NCBI GenBank assembly: GCA_031289855.1
Contig: JAITOR010000075.1
Coordinates: forward strand, 7,702 to 71,701
Length of the DNA stretch: 64,000 nucleotides
Direction of reading: 5' to 3'
From: Rickettsiales bacterium
GTDB taxonomy: Bacteria; Pseudomonadota; Alphaproteobacteria; Rickettsiales; UBA1997
Below are positions 1-8,781 of this stretch, one piece after another. The position numbers and the translations under genes are program-made. The notes beneath the pieces were generated by a model. It was given only the letters and a program-made list of their open reading frames with translations. It had not been told where the DNA came from and searched no databases. Numbering within the stretch: the stretch's first letter is position 1; each line of letters starts with the position of its first letter.

Positions 1-420
<420 letters not shown>

Positions 421-569
421 TTATTTATTATATATTTAATAGTATAACATAAAAATTTAAAATCAAGTTAAAAAAAATAATTGAATTTAAACAAATGATA
501 TAATATTGAGAAAATAAATCCAAAATTATTATTACCATAAAATAATACTGGCAAATCGGATAAGTCTCT

Positions 570-1964
570 CTAATTTTCAAAATTTAATAAATTGTTTAAT
601 AACTTATTGTTTATTGTAACTTTATTTTTTTCCACCAAATATTTTTGTAACCTATCAAATTTTGTATCATTGTAACTCTTCCAAATTCTATTCATAAAAA
701 CATCACTTTCCACATATTTATCGTTGTCAGTTTTAATTTCCCTTATATCCTTTGTTTCTAAAAATGTTATGAGCCTTCTATCGTCACTTAAATATGCTGC
801 TGTATAACTTTTTGGTTCCCGCAATTTAAATACATTAGATAAAATTTCTTCACTATAATTTATGATATCATTCTTATATATTTCTTGATTTCTTAAAATT
901 TTAAATTTATAAGTATTTGTTGTATTTTGTTCCTGCAATTCCTTTATAACATTATTGGTCCAATTCATCGCACTATTGATGATATTTTCCTCATTTAACT
1001 TTTTTTTAATAATTGGTGTAGCCTCTTCAAGTGTTAAAATTCTTGCTCTTTGTAATTTTTCTATGTAATAAATTTTGTAATCATTTTTTTCTTTATGTAC
1101 CAAATCCGAAAAGGTTCCCTCCTCATATTGCATAAACTCATTACTTACGTCATCTGGTTTTGTTTTTGTAATTTGCTTTTTTAAACCAAATTCTTTTGCA
1201 ATTTCATCCAAATTTTTTGAAGCCAAGATTAAATCTTCCAACTCTGTTGCTGTAGTATTTGATTTATCTAAATTGATTTCAATGTATGAAATTTCCATTT
1301 CTTTCGGCATATCAAATCTGTTGGATAAATAATATTCTTTTATGTCTTCATCAGTAATAATTTTACCTTTTCCACCAGCATTTTTCACATCAATCGTGTA
1401 GACGTTTACAATGTAATATTTATTTTCATCCTCTAATAAATCTTTTGTAAGTTTATTGTTTGCAAGATTTGATGTCATTATTATTTGTCCCAAAATTTCT
1501 CTACCATTCGCAACACTTAAAATATCCAAATACATTTTTTCACTATATCCAATTTGAGAAATATTTGTTTTAAATATATCTTTATCAAATTTTCCATTAT
1601 TATTGGCAAAATTTTTGTTTACATAAATGTCTCTAAACATTATTTCTTTTGGAGATTTTAAATTTAATTTTTCAACTTGCAATTCAAATAAATTTTCATT
1701 TATAAACTCCCTTAATGCCAAAGCAATAAATTCTTGCGAATCAAAAATCGACAAATCATCAATAATATTTTGCTGCATAAGTTGGGTTCTTTTATTGTTT
1801 AAAAAAGTTAAAAAAGTATTTAAACTAATCTGTTTTTTATTGACCTTAATAAGATTAGTATCACTTATTCCATTAAAATAATTTATAATACCAAACAAAA
1901 TAAAACTTGCACTTAAAAAAATAAGCAAAGATTTTACAATAACACTCTTTAATTTTTCATTCAT
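570..1964 (-). CDS. PpiD-like periplasmic chaperone (SurA N-terminal domain type)
   Basis: ORF 570..2018. I moved the start to MNEKLKSV (1964), just ahead of a single N-terminal TM helix (SLLIFLSASFILFGIINYF). The long soluble domain has a PpiD-like layout. I saw no clear parvulin signature by eye. Confidence 0.5.
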   Translation of the reverse strand: MNEKLKSVIVKSLLIFLSASFILFGIINYFNGISDTNLIKVNKKQISLNTFLTFLNNKRTQLMQQNIIDDLSIFDSQEFIALALREFINENLFELQVEKLNLKSPKEIMFRDIYVNKNFANNNGKFDKDIFKTNISQIGYSEKMYLDILSVANGREILGQIIMTSNLANNKLTKDLLEDENKYYIVNVYTIDVKNAGGKGKIITDEDIKEYYLSNRFDMPKEMEISYIEINLDKSNTTATELEDLILASKNLDEIAKEFGLKKQITKTKPDDVSNEFMQYEEGTFSDLVHKEKNDYKIYYIEKLQRARILTLEEATPIIKKKLNEENIINSAMNWTNNVIKELQEQNTTNTYKFKILRNQEIYKNDIINYSEEILSNVFKLREPKSYTAAYLSDDRRLITFLETKDIREIKTDNDKYVESDVFMNRIWKSYNDTKFDRLQKYLVEKNKVTINNKLLNNLLNFEN

Positions 1965-2082
1965 TTCAATATTCGATAATAATTTCTTAAAGTGTATATG
2001 AATAAAATAAAAAAGCAAGCACTAAATTATTTACTTTACTTTTTAAATTTTTGTGATAATATTTGAAAAAATAGGAGTTAAT

Positions 2083-2700
2083 ATGTCTTATGAACACTTT
2101 GTCATCGTGCTTTCTTCCCCGTCTGGAACAGGTAAATCAACTTTAACTAAAAAGTTGTTGGAGAAATATAATAATATTAAATTATCAACTTCTGCAACCA
2201 CAAGGTCACCAAGAGAAGGCGAAAAGCATGGCTTCCATTATCATTTTATAACACAAGAAGAATTTGATAAAAAAGTTACAAATAATGAATTTTTAGAATA
2301 TGCCGGTGTATATGGAAAAAGTTATGGAACATTAAAAAGTGAAGTTGAAAATAGATGGATTAATAATGAAGATGTATTGCTTGATATAGACTGGCAAGGT
2401 AATTTGCTTGTATCAAAGCAATTAACCAATAAAGCACAGGTAATACGAATTTTTGTTTTACCACCTTCAATTAAAGAATTAAGACAAAGGTTGGAAGGTC
2501 GCGGCACTGATAGTCAAGAGATTATTGATAAAAGAATGGCAGACGCAAAAAATACAATCACTCATTACAATGAATATGATTATATCATTGTAAACGACAA
2601 TTTGGACAAGTGTTTTGAAAAACTTTGTATCTTAATTGAAGCAAAGAGGGTGGCAAATACAACAGTAAAACCAGTAATTGACAATCTATTAGGCGAATAA
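2083..2700 (+). CDS. gmk: guanylate kinase
   Basis: ORF 2053..2700. Start placed at MSYEHF (2083), downstream of AGGAG. It has the P-loop SSPSGTGKSTL, TTRSPREGE, and the YHF and SYGT motifs typical of Gmk. Confidence 0.9.
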   Translation: MSYEHFVIVLSSPSGTGKSTLTKKLLEKYNNIKLSTSATTRSPREGEKHGFHYHFITQEEFDKKVTNNEFLEYAGVYGKSYGTLKSEVENRWINNEDVLLDIDWQGNLLVSKQLTNKAQVIRIFVLPPSIKELRQRLEGRGTDSQEIIDKRMADAKNTITHYNEYDYIIVNDNLDKCFEKLCILIEAKRVANTTVKPVIDNLLGE

Positions 2701-2702
2701 TC

Positions 2703-3104
2703 ATGAGAATAATTAGAATAATAGAAAAACATTTTTCTTTAATATTGTTTATTCTTCTTGTGGTTTTATGTGTTTTGTTTGTGATAAGAGCCTTTATTCT
2801 TTTAATAATACATTTATTGGCATATTTGCACATTATAAACAGAGCAAAAAGGATAAAGAAGAGAAGAAATACAAGGGATGTGGCCACGATATTGAATGAA
2901 AAACTTGTGGTTAAAAAGGCGGAAGAATCTATTGTTGGATTTGCAAAACCGGTGGGCTTTTGGAGTAGTTTATTGTTGGGTGGCAAAATTACAGAGGTGT
3001 TTGATAAGGCTAAGAATGCGTCATTGAAAGATGATAGCAAAAGTTTTTGGGCCAGCGTTGCAGAGGCACAAGCAAAGGAAAATGCAAAAAATAAGAAAGG
3101 TTAA
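2703..3104 (+). CDS. hypothetical membrane protein (133 aa)
   Basis: The ATG lies 3 nt after the gmk stop. The N-terminal part is hydrophobic (LILFILLVVLCVLFVIRAFILLIIHLLAYL) and is followed by a basic, K-rich soluble tail. Preferred over the antisense ORF 2585..3040, which overlaps the gmk 3' end. Confidence 0.5.
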   Translation: MRIIRIIEKHFSLILFILLVVLCVLFVIRAFILLIIHLLAYLHIINRAKRIKKRRNTRDVATILNEKLVVKKAEESIVGFAKPVGFWSSLLLGGKITEVFDKAKNASLKDDSKSFWASVAEAQAKENAKNKKG

Positions 3105-3116
3105 TTAATTATCTAA

Positions 3117-3209
3117 TCACCATCCATTTTTGATAGCACCTCCCATCTCTTTGATATCTCCTCCTCCCAAAAAAGTTAGAGTAACTGCAATGAACAAAGA
3201 CACACTCAC
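3117..3209 (-). CDS. candidate small membrane peptide (30 aa) with an entericidin-like C-terminal motif
   Basis: Not in the ORF track (under 60 aa). A GTG-initiated ORF encodes (M)SVSLFIAVTLTFLGGGDIKEMGGAIKNGW. An internal ATG preceded by GGGAGGAGGAG would give only MGGAIKNGW. The GDIKEMGGAI segment resembles the EDIKHLGNSI core of the entericidin A/B family as I recall it, but there is no lipobox Cys. Confidence 0.25.
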   Translation of the reverse strand: MSVSLFIAVTLTFLGGGDIKEMGGAIKNGW

Positions 3210-3252
3210 TCAATTAAAAACACAATTAAAATAAAATTTATTTTTTTTTATA

Positions 3253-3284
3253 TACTTCCATACTTTACAGTTATGATATATAAT
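3253..3284 (+). promoter_or_regulatory. cassette copy A: TACTTCCAT-N17-TATAAT
   Basis: The sequence is tacTTCCATactttacagttatgataTATAAT. It is followed 6 nt later by an ATG at 3291. Confidence 0.45.
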
Positions 3285-3290
3285 ATAAAC

Positions 3291-3332
3291 ATGATTATAA
3301 TGTATATGTTGGATATGTGTTGCATATATTAA
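3291..3332 (+). other. candidate leaderless mini-ORF MIIMYMLDMCCIY
   Basis: The ATG lies 6 nt after the -10 of cassette copy A. It shares TATAATATAAACATG and the ATGTGTTG (Met-Cys-Cys) string with the luxS leader. Confidence 0.25.
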
Positions 3333-3363
3333 TTATTGATTGTTTTAAAAACAAAACTCACTT

Positions 3364-3398
3364 AATAAACAAAACCCTGTATTACTATAATACAAGGC
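3364..3398 (-). terminator. intrinsic terminator after the 340-aa gene
   Basis: The hairpin ccttgtatta/taatacagg (3376..3397, one bulge) is followed on the minus strand by gttttgtttatt. Confidence 0.55.
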
Positions 3399-3421
3399 TT
3401 TGTCAAATCACAAACAACTTC

Positions 3422-4444
3422 TCATCTGGGGGTGATGGTGGTGGTGGACGAAGATGCTGTTATTCTTGCTGCTAATGTTGCTCTATGGTCGTTTCGTGGT
3501 AAAAGCTTATCGGGTTGAATACCATCGAAAGGTTTAATACTATCAATACCATCACCACCTAAACATAAAGCCTTGATACACACAGATACATCTCTTCCCC
3601 CCTCAATATTTGCAATTACCTGATGAATCCAATCCTTATCACCACTATAATCGTCATTTTTCGCAACTTTTTTTGCATAATTGATAATTTCTTTAACTCC
3701 AATAGCCCCCTTGTTAAATTGGATATACTTTAGACGGAATTCACTAACTATGTCTTTTTTGACACTCATCTCCCCGTCATCTTTGTCGTCATCGTCACCG
3801 TCTCCTTCATCTCTAGCGGTTGTTCCATCTGCGGTTTTAGTAAAATTTCTAAGTCGTTTTAAGGTTTCCAATCTTAATACTGGGTTTACATTTATTTCCT
3901 TTATAGCAGTCATTTCTTGCGCAACTTCTTTGCTAATCTCTTCAAGTTTTTCACTTTTTTCTAAAACATTAGAATCCAATCCATCCAATAATTTTATGAA
4001 AGTATAATCTACTATTTTGTCAAAAACCTCCAGCGCTCTTAAATCAAAAACAATTTTGCCTTCCAACACCTCATCTGCCGCAGGTTGTCCGTCTGATGGC
4101 TCGCCATATTTAGCGAATGCCACTACATTCCTAAAAACTGTTTTTGCTTTTGCTACAAATTCTTTATTAATAGCATCAATCCTACCTTTTTCCTCTATTA
4201 TTTCAGGAGCAGCACCTGCTATTGCACCATCAGATCCCACTTGAACAAAAAGATTAAATTGAAAAGAATCTCTGTATCTTCCACCTCGTAAACCATTGAG
4301 AACTCCAATTTCATTATCAGTTAGTTCTTCACCCTTGGCATTTTTTTCATTAAGAATTTCTAAAAATGCCCTAAAGGGTATAAGTTTAAGTTTTCCATCA
4401 CTTGATGTCAAGTCCCTTGTTGTTTCATCTGCAGGCTCTGTCAT
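3422..4444 (-). CDS. hypothetical acidic protein (340 aa), no recognisable family
   Basis: A long ORF with no signal peptide. It has an acidic block DEGDGDDDDKDDGE and an S/T-rich C-terminus ITASSSTTTITPR. A terminator hairpin follows it. Confidence 0.6.
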   Translation of the reverse strand: MTEPADETTRDLTSSDGKLKLIPFRAFLEILNEKNAKGEELTDNEIGVLNGLRGGRYRDSFQFNLFVQVGSDGAIAGAAPEIIEEKGRIDAINKEFVAKAKTVFRNVVAFAKYGEPSDGQPAADEVLEGKIVFDLRALEVFDKIVDYTFIKLLDGLDSNVLEKSEKLEEISKEVAQEMTAIKEINVNPVLRLETLKRLRNFTKTADGTTARDEGDGDDDDKDDGEMSVKKDIVSEFRLKYIQFNKGAIGVKEIINYAKKVAKNDDYSGDKDWIHQVIANIEGGRDVSVCIKALCLGGDGIDSIKPFDGIQPDKLLPRNDHRATLAARITASSSTTTITPR

Positions 4445-4687
4445 AATTATTTCCTATAATTTATTAAACATAATCAATATTATCACAAAAAAAAAGCAAG
4501 TTTATTTGATTAATTATTAATATTATTTTTATTTATTTAATAATAATAATATTAGTGAAAGATAAACTCGTCATCTATAATGGATATAATATTAGAAAGT
4601 GTGATAATGAAAGTGATAAGGATAGGAATAACCAAAGAAGAATAGGGATAGAAGTATGATTAAAGGAATATAAAAATATTAAAATGG

Positions 4688-5488
4688 CTATTTACTCAAA
4701 TATTCATAAACCTCTTTTTTATTGTTGGCAAATCCCATTTTAACTATAAAATCACTAATATCTTTTACCCTCATAATTCCTTTTAAATTATCGTTTACAA
4801 GATTTATTTTTTCTTTATCAAAACTAACCTCACTCTCATTGTTTTTTAACAAAATAACAAATTCACCCCTAACTTTATCTTTATTTTCATTGTAATATTT
4901 CAAAACTTCACTAACCTTTCCATTTTTTATCTCTTCATACATTTTTGTAATCTCGCGACATACACAAATTTCAATGTTCCCTAAATTTTCAAAAATATCA
5001 TGCAAAGTAAATAAAATTCTTGCGGGACTTTCATATAAAATTATAGTTTCAGTTTTATACCTTAATTTCTGTAAATCTTTTTTGTTTTCTAAAAATCCCC
5101 AAAATAAAAATTTATCTGTTGGCATTCCACTCATAACCAATGAAGTTAAAACCGCGCTTGCCCCACAAATAGCAACAACTTTAATATTGTTTTTATGACA
5201 TTCGGCCACCAATTTATAACCAGGATCGCTGATTAAAGGCGTTCCTGCATCACTGACAAGTCCTACGTTTTTGCCTTCTTTTAATAATTTTATAATTCCA
5301 TTTCGCTCATTTTCATTCGAAAAATCATTGTAAACATGCAAAGATTTTTTTATTTCAAAATGTTGCAATAATTTGTCAGTAACTCTTGTATCTTCACAAA
5401 AAAGATAATCTATACCTTTTAAAATCTCTAATGCCCTTAAAGTAATGTCATTATAATTGCCAATTGGAGTTGAAATAATATGCAACAT
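4688..5488 (-). CDS. rsmI: 16S rRNA (cytidine1402-2'-O)-methyltransferase
   Basis: ORF 4688..5578. Start moved to MLHIISTPIGN (ATG 5488..5486), which overlaps the upstream stop as TAATG. It has the tetrapyrrole-methylase-type motifs TPIGNxxDITLRALEIL and CEDTRVT. Confidence 0.85.
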   Translation of the reverse strand: MLHIISTPIGNYNDITLRALEILKGIDYLFCEDTRVTDKLLQHFEIKKSLHVYNDFSNENERNGIIKLLKEGKNVGLVSDAGTPLISDPGYKLVAECHKNNIKVVAICGASAVLTSLVMSGMPTDKFLFWGFLENKKDLQKLRYKTETIILYESPARILFTLHDIFENLGNIEICVCREITKMYEEIKNGKVSEVLKYYNENKDKVRGEFVILLKNNESEVSFDKEKINLVNDNLKGIMRVKDISDFIVKMGFANNKKEVYEYLSK

Positions 5489-5796
5489 TAAAGTCCTGAA
5501 ATTAGTATTTTTTTTAAAAAAAACAAAATAGATGGAAAAATATTCATCATAAGATACGCAAGAATGGTTACGCAACAAACAAGAATCGGTAACATCATTA
5601 AAAAATTCAAAATAATTCTCAATTTTGCCAATGCTTTAGCGGCCTCTTTATTGTCGGCAGAACCTTGATCCATATTTACTGCCCTCTGTTGATCCGTTAT
5701 ATCGTCTTCAAATTTCTCCTCCACTATCTTTTCACCAAGTTTTTTCTTATTAACTTTATTCGAAAAATCAGCAAGAATATTAGTAGTGTCGTTCAT
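5488..5796 (-). CDS. hypothetical tail-anchored membrane protein (102 aa)
   Basis: The N-terminal half is soluble and acidic; the C-terminal stretch LRIILNFLMMLPILVCCVTILAYLMMNIFPSILFFL is hydrophobic. Its stop overlaps the rsmI start (TAATG). A TTGCTT-N17-TATACA promoter-like sequence lies upstream. Confidence 0.45.
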   Translation of the reverse strand: MNDTTNILADFSNKVNKKKLGEKIVEEKFEDDITDQQRAVNMDQGSADNKEAAKALAKLRIILNFLMMLPILVCCVTILAYLMMNIFPSILFFLKKILISGL

Positions 5797-5868
5797 TAAA
5801 CTTTGTATAACAAATTAAACAAAAAAAAGCAAATTTATTTAGCATAATTAAAAAACACTACAATAAAA

Positions 5869-7032
5869 CTATTCACCACATTTTAACATAACAAAAGCAT
5901 CTTCCCTTATCACATCGCCTCCAACTCTTTTCGTGGCATAAAATTTAATGTATGGTTTCGCTGTATACGGATCTCGTAAAATTCTTATATCTTCCCTATC
6001 AACTATTTGATAATATTTGAAATTTCCAAATAATATCGCAGGAATACCAGTATTCAATGCCAACATATATGATGTTTGATACACTGGGGAACCAAGTATT
6101 GTATCGTCCTTACCTCCAAGCAAAGCAGGTTGCCACAAATAATTACCACTCACACTATCCTTCAACATCCTAACTTTTGAAACAGTTTCTCTTGTCATAA
6201 CAAAACTGGCACCACTTACATATTTTTGATTTAACGAATAATATAGGTTTATTACATTTTCTTGATTAAAATCAGTTGCGGAATTTGAGATTATTTCCTC
6301 TATTGGTCTTGTTAAAATACCAGTTGGTTGGTTGACACCATCGCCCCCACCATTCAAAAATGCTTCTTCCTCTCTTTGCAAAAATTGTTCAGCCAATCTA
6401 TCAGCAATGTAATTTTCAATGTTAATAAAGCCATCATCCAATAATTTTTGCGACACCTTTGGTTGAGCCACCAATTCTTGTGCTTTAATTGTTGTTTTTG
6501 ATATGGTGGAACCACTTGTTTCCATTCTATTTTCAATTTCTCCAACCCATGCAGCAGAAAAATTTACATCATCCACAATTTCTAATGCCGAAGAACCTAC
6601 ATTCTGTACAGAACAAATTCTTCTCATAAAGCAAGAATTCTCTAACTCTCCTGCTATAATTTTTGACATATTTGGACTCAATAAATATCCACCATAGGAA
6701 CCAGATATTGCAGTTGTTAAATCAAATTTCCTTTCTAGATTCATAAGTGGAGCATCTACACCTTTTTTGATGTAATTATCTAATGCGGTTTTATATTCCA
6801 CATTTTCTCTTGATTCACATTTGCTCTCAAAACTTGGTCTTGAATTTGATATTTCAAGTTTCTCAATCTTTAACTTTTGCTCTTCAAGAGTATTGTTTAT
6901 TTTTGACAATTCATCAAGCAATAATACATCAGCACCTCCCTTTTTCTCAATTTGTTTTAATCTTTCATCATTTACTTGTTTGTAATGCTCCCATGCATTA
7001 CCGATTTTCTCTAACTTGTCGTTAATTTCCAT
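5869..7032 (-). CDS. HK97-family phage/GTA major capsid protein (387 aa)
   Basis: An N-terminal coiled-coil delta/scaffold-like segment (MEINDKLEKIGNAWEHYKQVNDERLKQIEKKG...) is followed by a region of about 280 aa with the Phage_capsid (HK97) look. GGAG lies 5 nt upstream of the ATG. No neighbouring phage genes. Confidence 0.75.
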   Translation of the reverse strand: MEINDKLEKIGNAWEHYKQVNDERLKQIEKKGGADVLLLDELSKINNTLEEQKLKIEKLEISNSRPSFESKCESRENVEYKTALDNYIKKGVDAPLMNLERKFDLTTAISGSYGGYLLSPNMSKIIAGELENSCFMRRICSVQNVGSSALEIVDDVNFSAAWVGEIENRMETSGSTISKTTIKAQELVAQPKVSQKLLDDGFINIENYIADRLAEQFLQREEEAFLNGGGDGVNQPTGILTRPIEEIISNSATDFNQENVINLYYSLNQKYVSGASFVMTRETVSKVRMLKDSVSGNYLWQPALLGGKDDTILGSPVYQTSYMLALNTGIPAILFGNFKYYQIVDREDIRILRDPYTAKPYIKFYATKRVGGDVIREDAFVMLKCGE

Positions 7033-7066
7033 AAAGTCTCCATAAAATTAAAATTGTTACAAAAAT

Positions 7067-7098
7067 ATTATTACACATTATCACAAATGAGGGAAGTA
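7067..7098 (-). promoter_or_regulatory. cassette copy B (divergent, 3 nt shorter), upstream of the capsid gene
   Basis: The minus strand reads atacTTCCCTcatttgtgataatgtgTAATAAT. It lies about 35-65 nt upstream of the capsid ATG at 7032. Confidence 0.35.
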
Positions 7099-7123
7099 TA
7101 AAAAATAAATATTTTTTTACTAC

Positions 7124-7152
7124 TTGCAAAGTGACAAATTATTTTATATAAT
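7124..7152 (+). promoter_or_regulatory. sigma70-type promoter of ftsI (TTGCAA-N17-TATAAT)
   Basis: The spacer is exactly 17 nt. The ATG at 7159 lies only 6 nt after the -10, which is leaderless geometry. Confidence 0.55.
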
Positions 7153-7158
7153 ATAAAT

Positions 7159-8781
7159 ATGAAAAGATATTCAATTAACAAAACTGATTATACATATTCA
7201 AGAAATAGGTTATTTTTTCTTGTTTTATGCGTTATTTTTTTGCTCTTTGTGTATGTGGGGAGAATTTTTTATTTATCGTGTTTTTATAAAAAAAATAATA
7301 TGGAACAAGAATATATTTTTACAAATACAAATATTATATCAAGGGATGCAATTAGAGTTGATATAGTTGATAAAAATGATGTTATTTTGGCAACTAATAT
7401 TAAATTGTATGATTTTTATTTAAATAAAGATTTAATAACAAACAATGAATCTACAATTGATATTATAGTTAAAATTTTTCCATTTTTAAATAAAGAAACT
7501 TTGTTAAAAAAAATTACAAACCATAAATCAAAGTTAATTTTGATTAAAAATGGCATAACAGAAAGTCAAAAAAATGAAATCAAAAAAACTATTTTTGGCT
7601 TTGAATTTATGGAAAGTTTAGTAAGAATATACCCACATCAAGAATTGTTTTCCCATATAATAGGTTTTACAAATAGCGATAAACATGGAATTGAAGGCCT
7701 TGAATTACAATATAACGATTATCTTGACAATAAGGATAATCCACCATTAAAACTCACTTTTGATAGTAGGATACAAGCAATTTTAAGGAAGCAATTATTG
7801 AAAGGTATGGAAAAATATAAGGCAAAGTCAATAATTGGCATTGTGGCAGAAGTAAAAACTGGAAATGTTTTGGCATTAGTGAACTTGCCAGACTTTAATC
7901 CAAATCAATTAAATGATGTAAAAAGGGATGTTATGTATAATAAAGTGACCTTTGGAGCATTTGAAATGGGCTCTATATTTAAAATATTTACAATTGCTAT
8001 GGCACTTGATGGAAACATAATTACGGAAAATGAGCAATTTGATTCTTCAAGTAAAATTGATATTGGAAAATATATAATAAAACAGGATTATTATAGCAAA
8101 AAAATGATAAATGCAAAAGAAATTTTACAAAAATCTTCAAACATTGGTGCCGCTCTTATTGGTTTAAAAGGTGGTGCAGATAATATGAAGCAATTTTATA
8201 AAAAAATAGGATTTTTTGATAAATTGCCAGTAAAATATCCATCATTGGCAATGCCACTTTATCCAAGGACTTGGCGGAAATCAAACACTATTACAACATC
8301 ATATGGATATGGAATGGCAGTTAGTCCGTTGCATATAATTATGGGTGTAAGTGGAATTGTGAATGAAGGAATTATGAATATTCCAAAGTTTGTGACGAGT
8401 GAAAAATATGAAAAAGTTGAAATCATTAGTCAAAAAACTTCAAAAATAATGCAAAACTATTTAAGAGATGTAGTGCAAAATGGAACTGGATTTAGAGCAA
8501 ATACACTCGGTTATTCTGTTGGTGGAAAAACTGGTTCTGCAAGGCTGTTAGGTAGAGGTGGGGAATATTTGGAAGGACAAATTATGGCAAATTTTGTGGG
8601 AATTTTTCCCATGAATAATCCGCATTATGTGGTGTATGTGATGGTTGAAAATCCGCAAGATAATAATTACAAAAAAAACATTGATATTGCAGCAAGTAAT
8701 GTAACTGCTCCCATTGTGTCGAAAATTATTGAAAACATAGCACCAATCCTGAATGTTGTCCCATATATTGAGGGATTGTAA
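7159..8781 (+). CDS. ftsI: peptidoglycan D,D-transpeptidase (class B PBP, FtsI/PBP2-like)
   Basis: It has an N-terminal TM anchor and the transpeptidase motifs SIFK (SxxK), SSN (SxN) and KTGS (KTG). Confidence 0.85.
   Translation: MKRYSINKTDYTYSRNRLFFLVLCVIFLLFVYVGRIFYLSCFYKKNNMEQEYIFTNTNIISRDAIRVDIVDKNDVILATNIKLYDFYLNKDLITNNESTIDIIVKIFPFLNKETLLKKITNHKSKLILIKNGITESQKNEIKKTIFGFEFMESLVRIYPHQELFSHIIGFTNSDKHGIEGLELQYNDYLDNKDNPPLKLTFDSRIQAILRKQLLKGMEKYKAKSIIGIVAEVKTGNVLALVNLPDFNPNQLNDVKRDVMYNKVTFGAFEMGSIFKIFTIAMALDGNIITENEQFDSSSKIDIGKYIIKQDYYSKKMINAKEILQKSSNIGAALIGLKGGADNMKQFYKKIGFFDKLPVKYPSLAMPLYPRTWRKSNTITTSYGYGMAVSPLHIIMGVSGIVNEGIMNIPKFVTSEKYEKVEIISQKTSKIMQNYLRDVVQNGTGFRANTLGYSVGGKTGSARLLGRGGEYLEGQIMANFVGIFPMNNPHYVVYVMVENPQDNNYKKNIDIAASNVTAPIVSKIIENIAPILNVVPYIEGL

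Noticed and set aside
5869-7032. The capsid gene as evidence of an intact prophage, or as an encapsulin shell
   Set aside because: No other phage gene lies within the window. The N-terminal coiled-coil scaffold segment is typical of HK97/GTA capsids rather than of encapsulins, and no cargo gene is adjacent.
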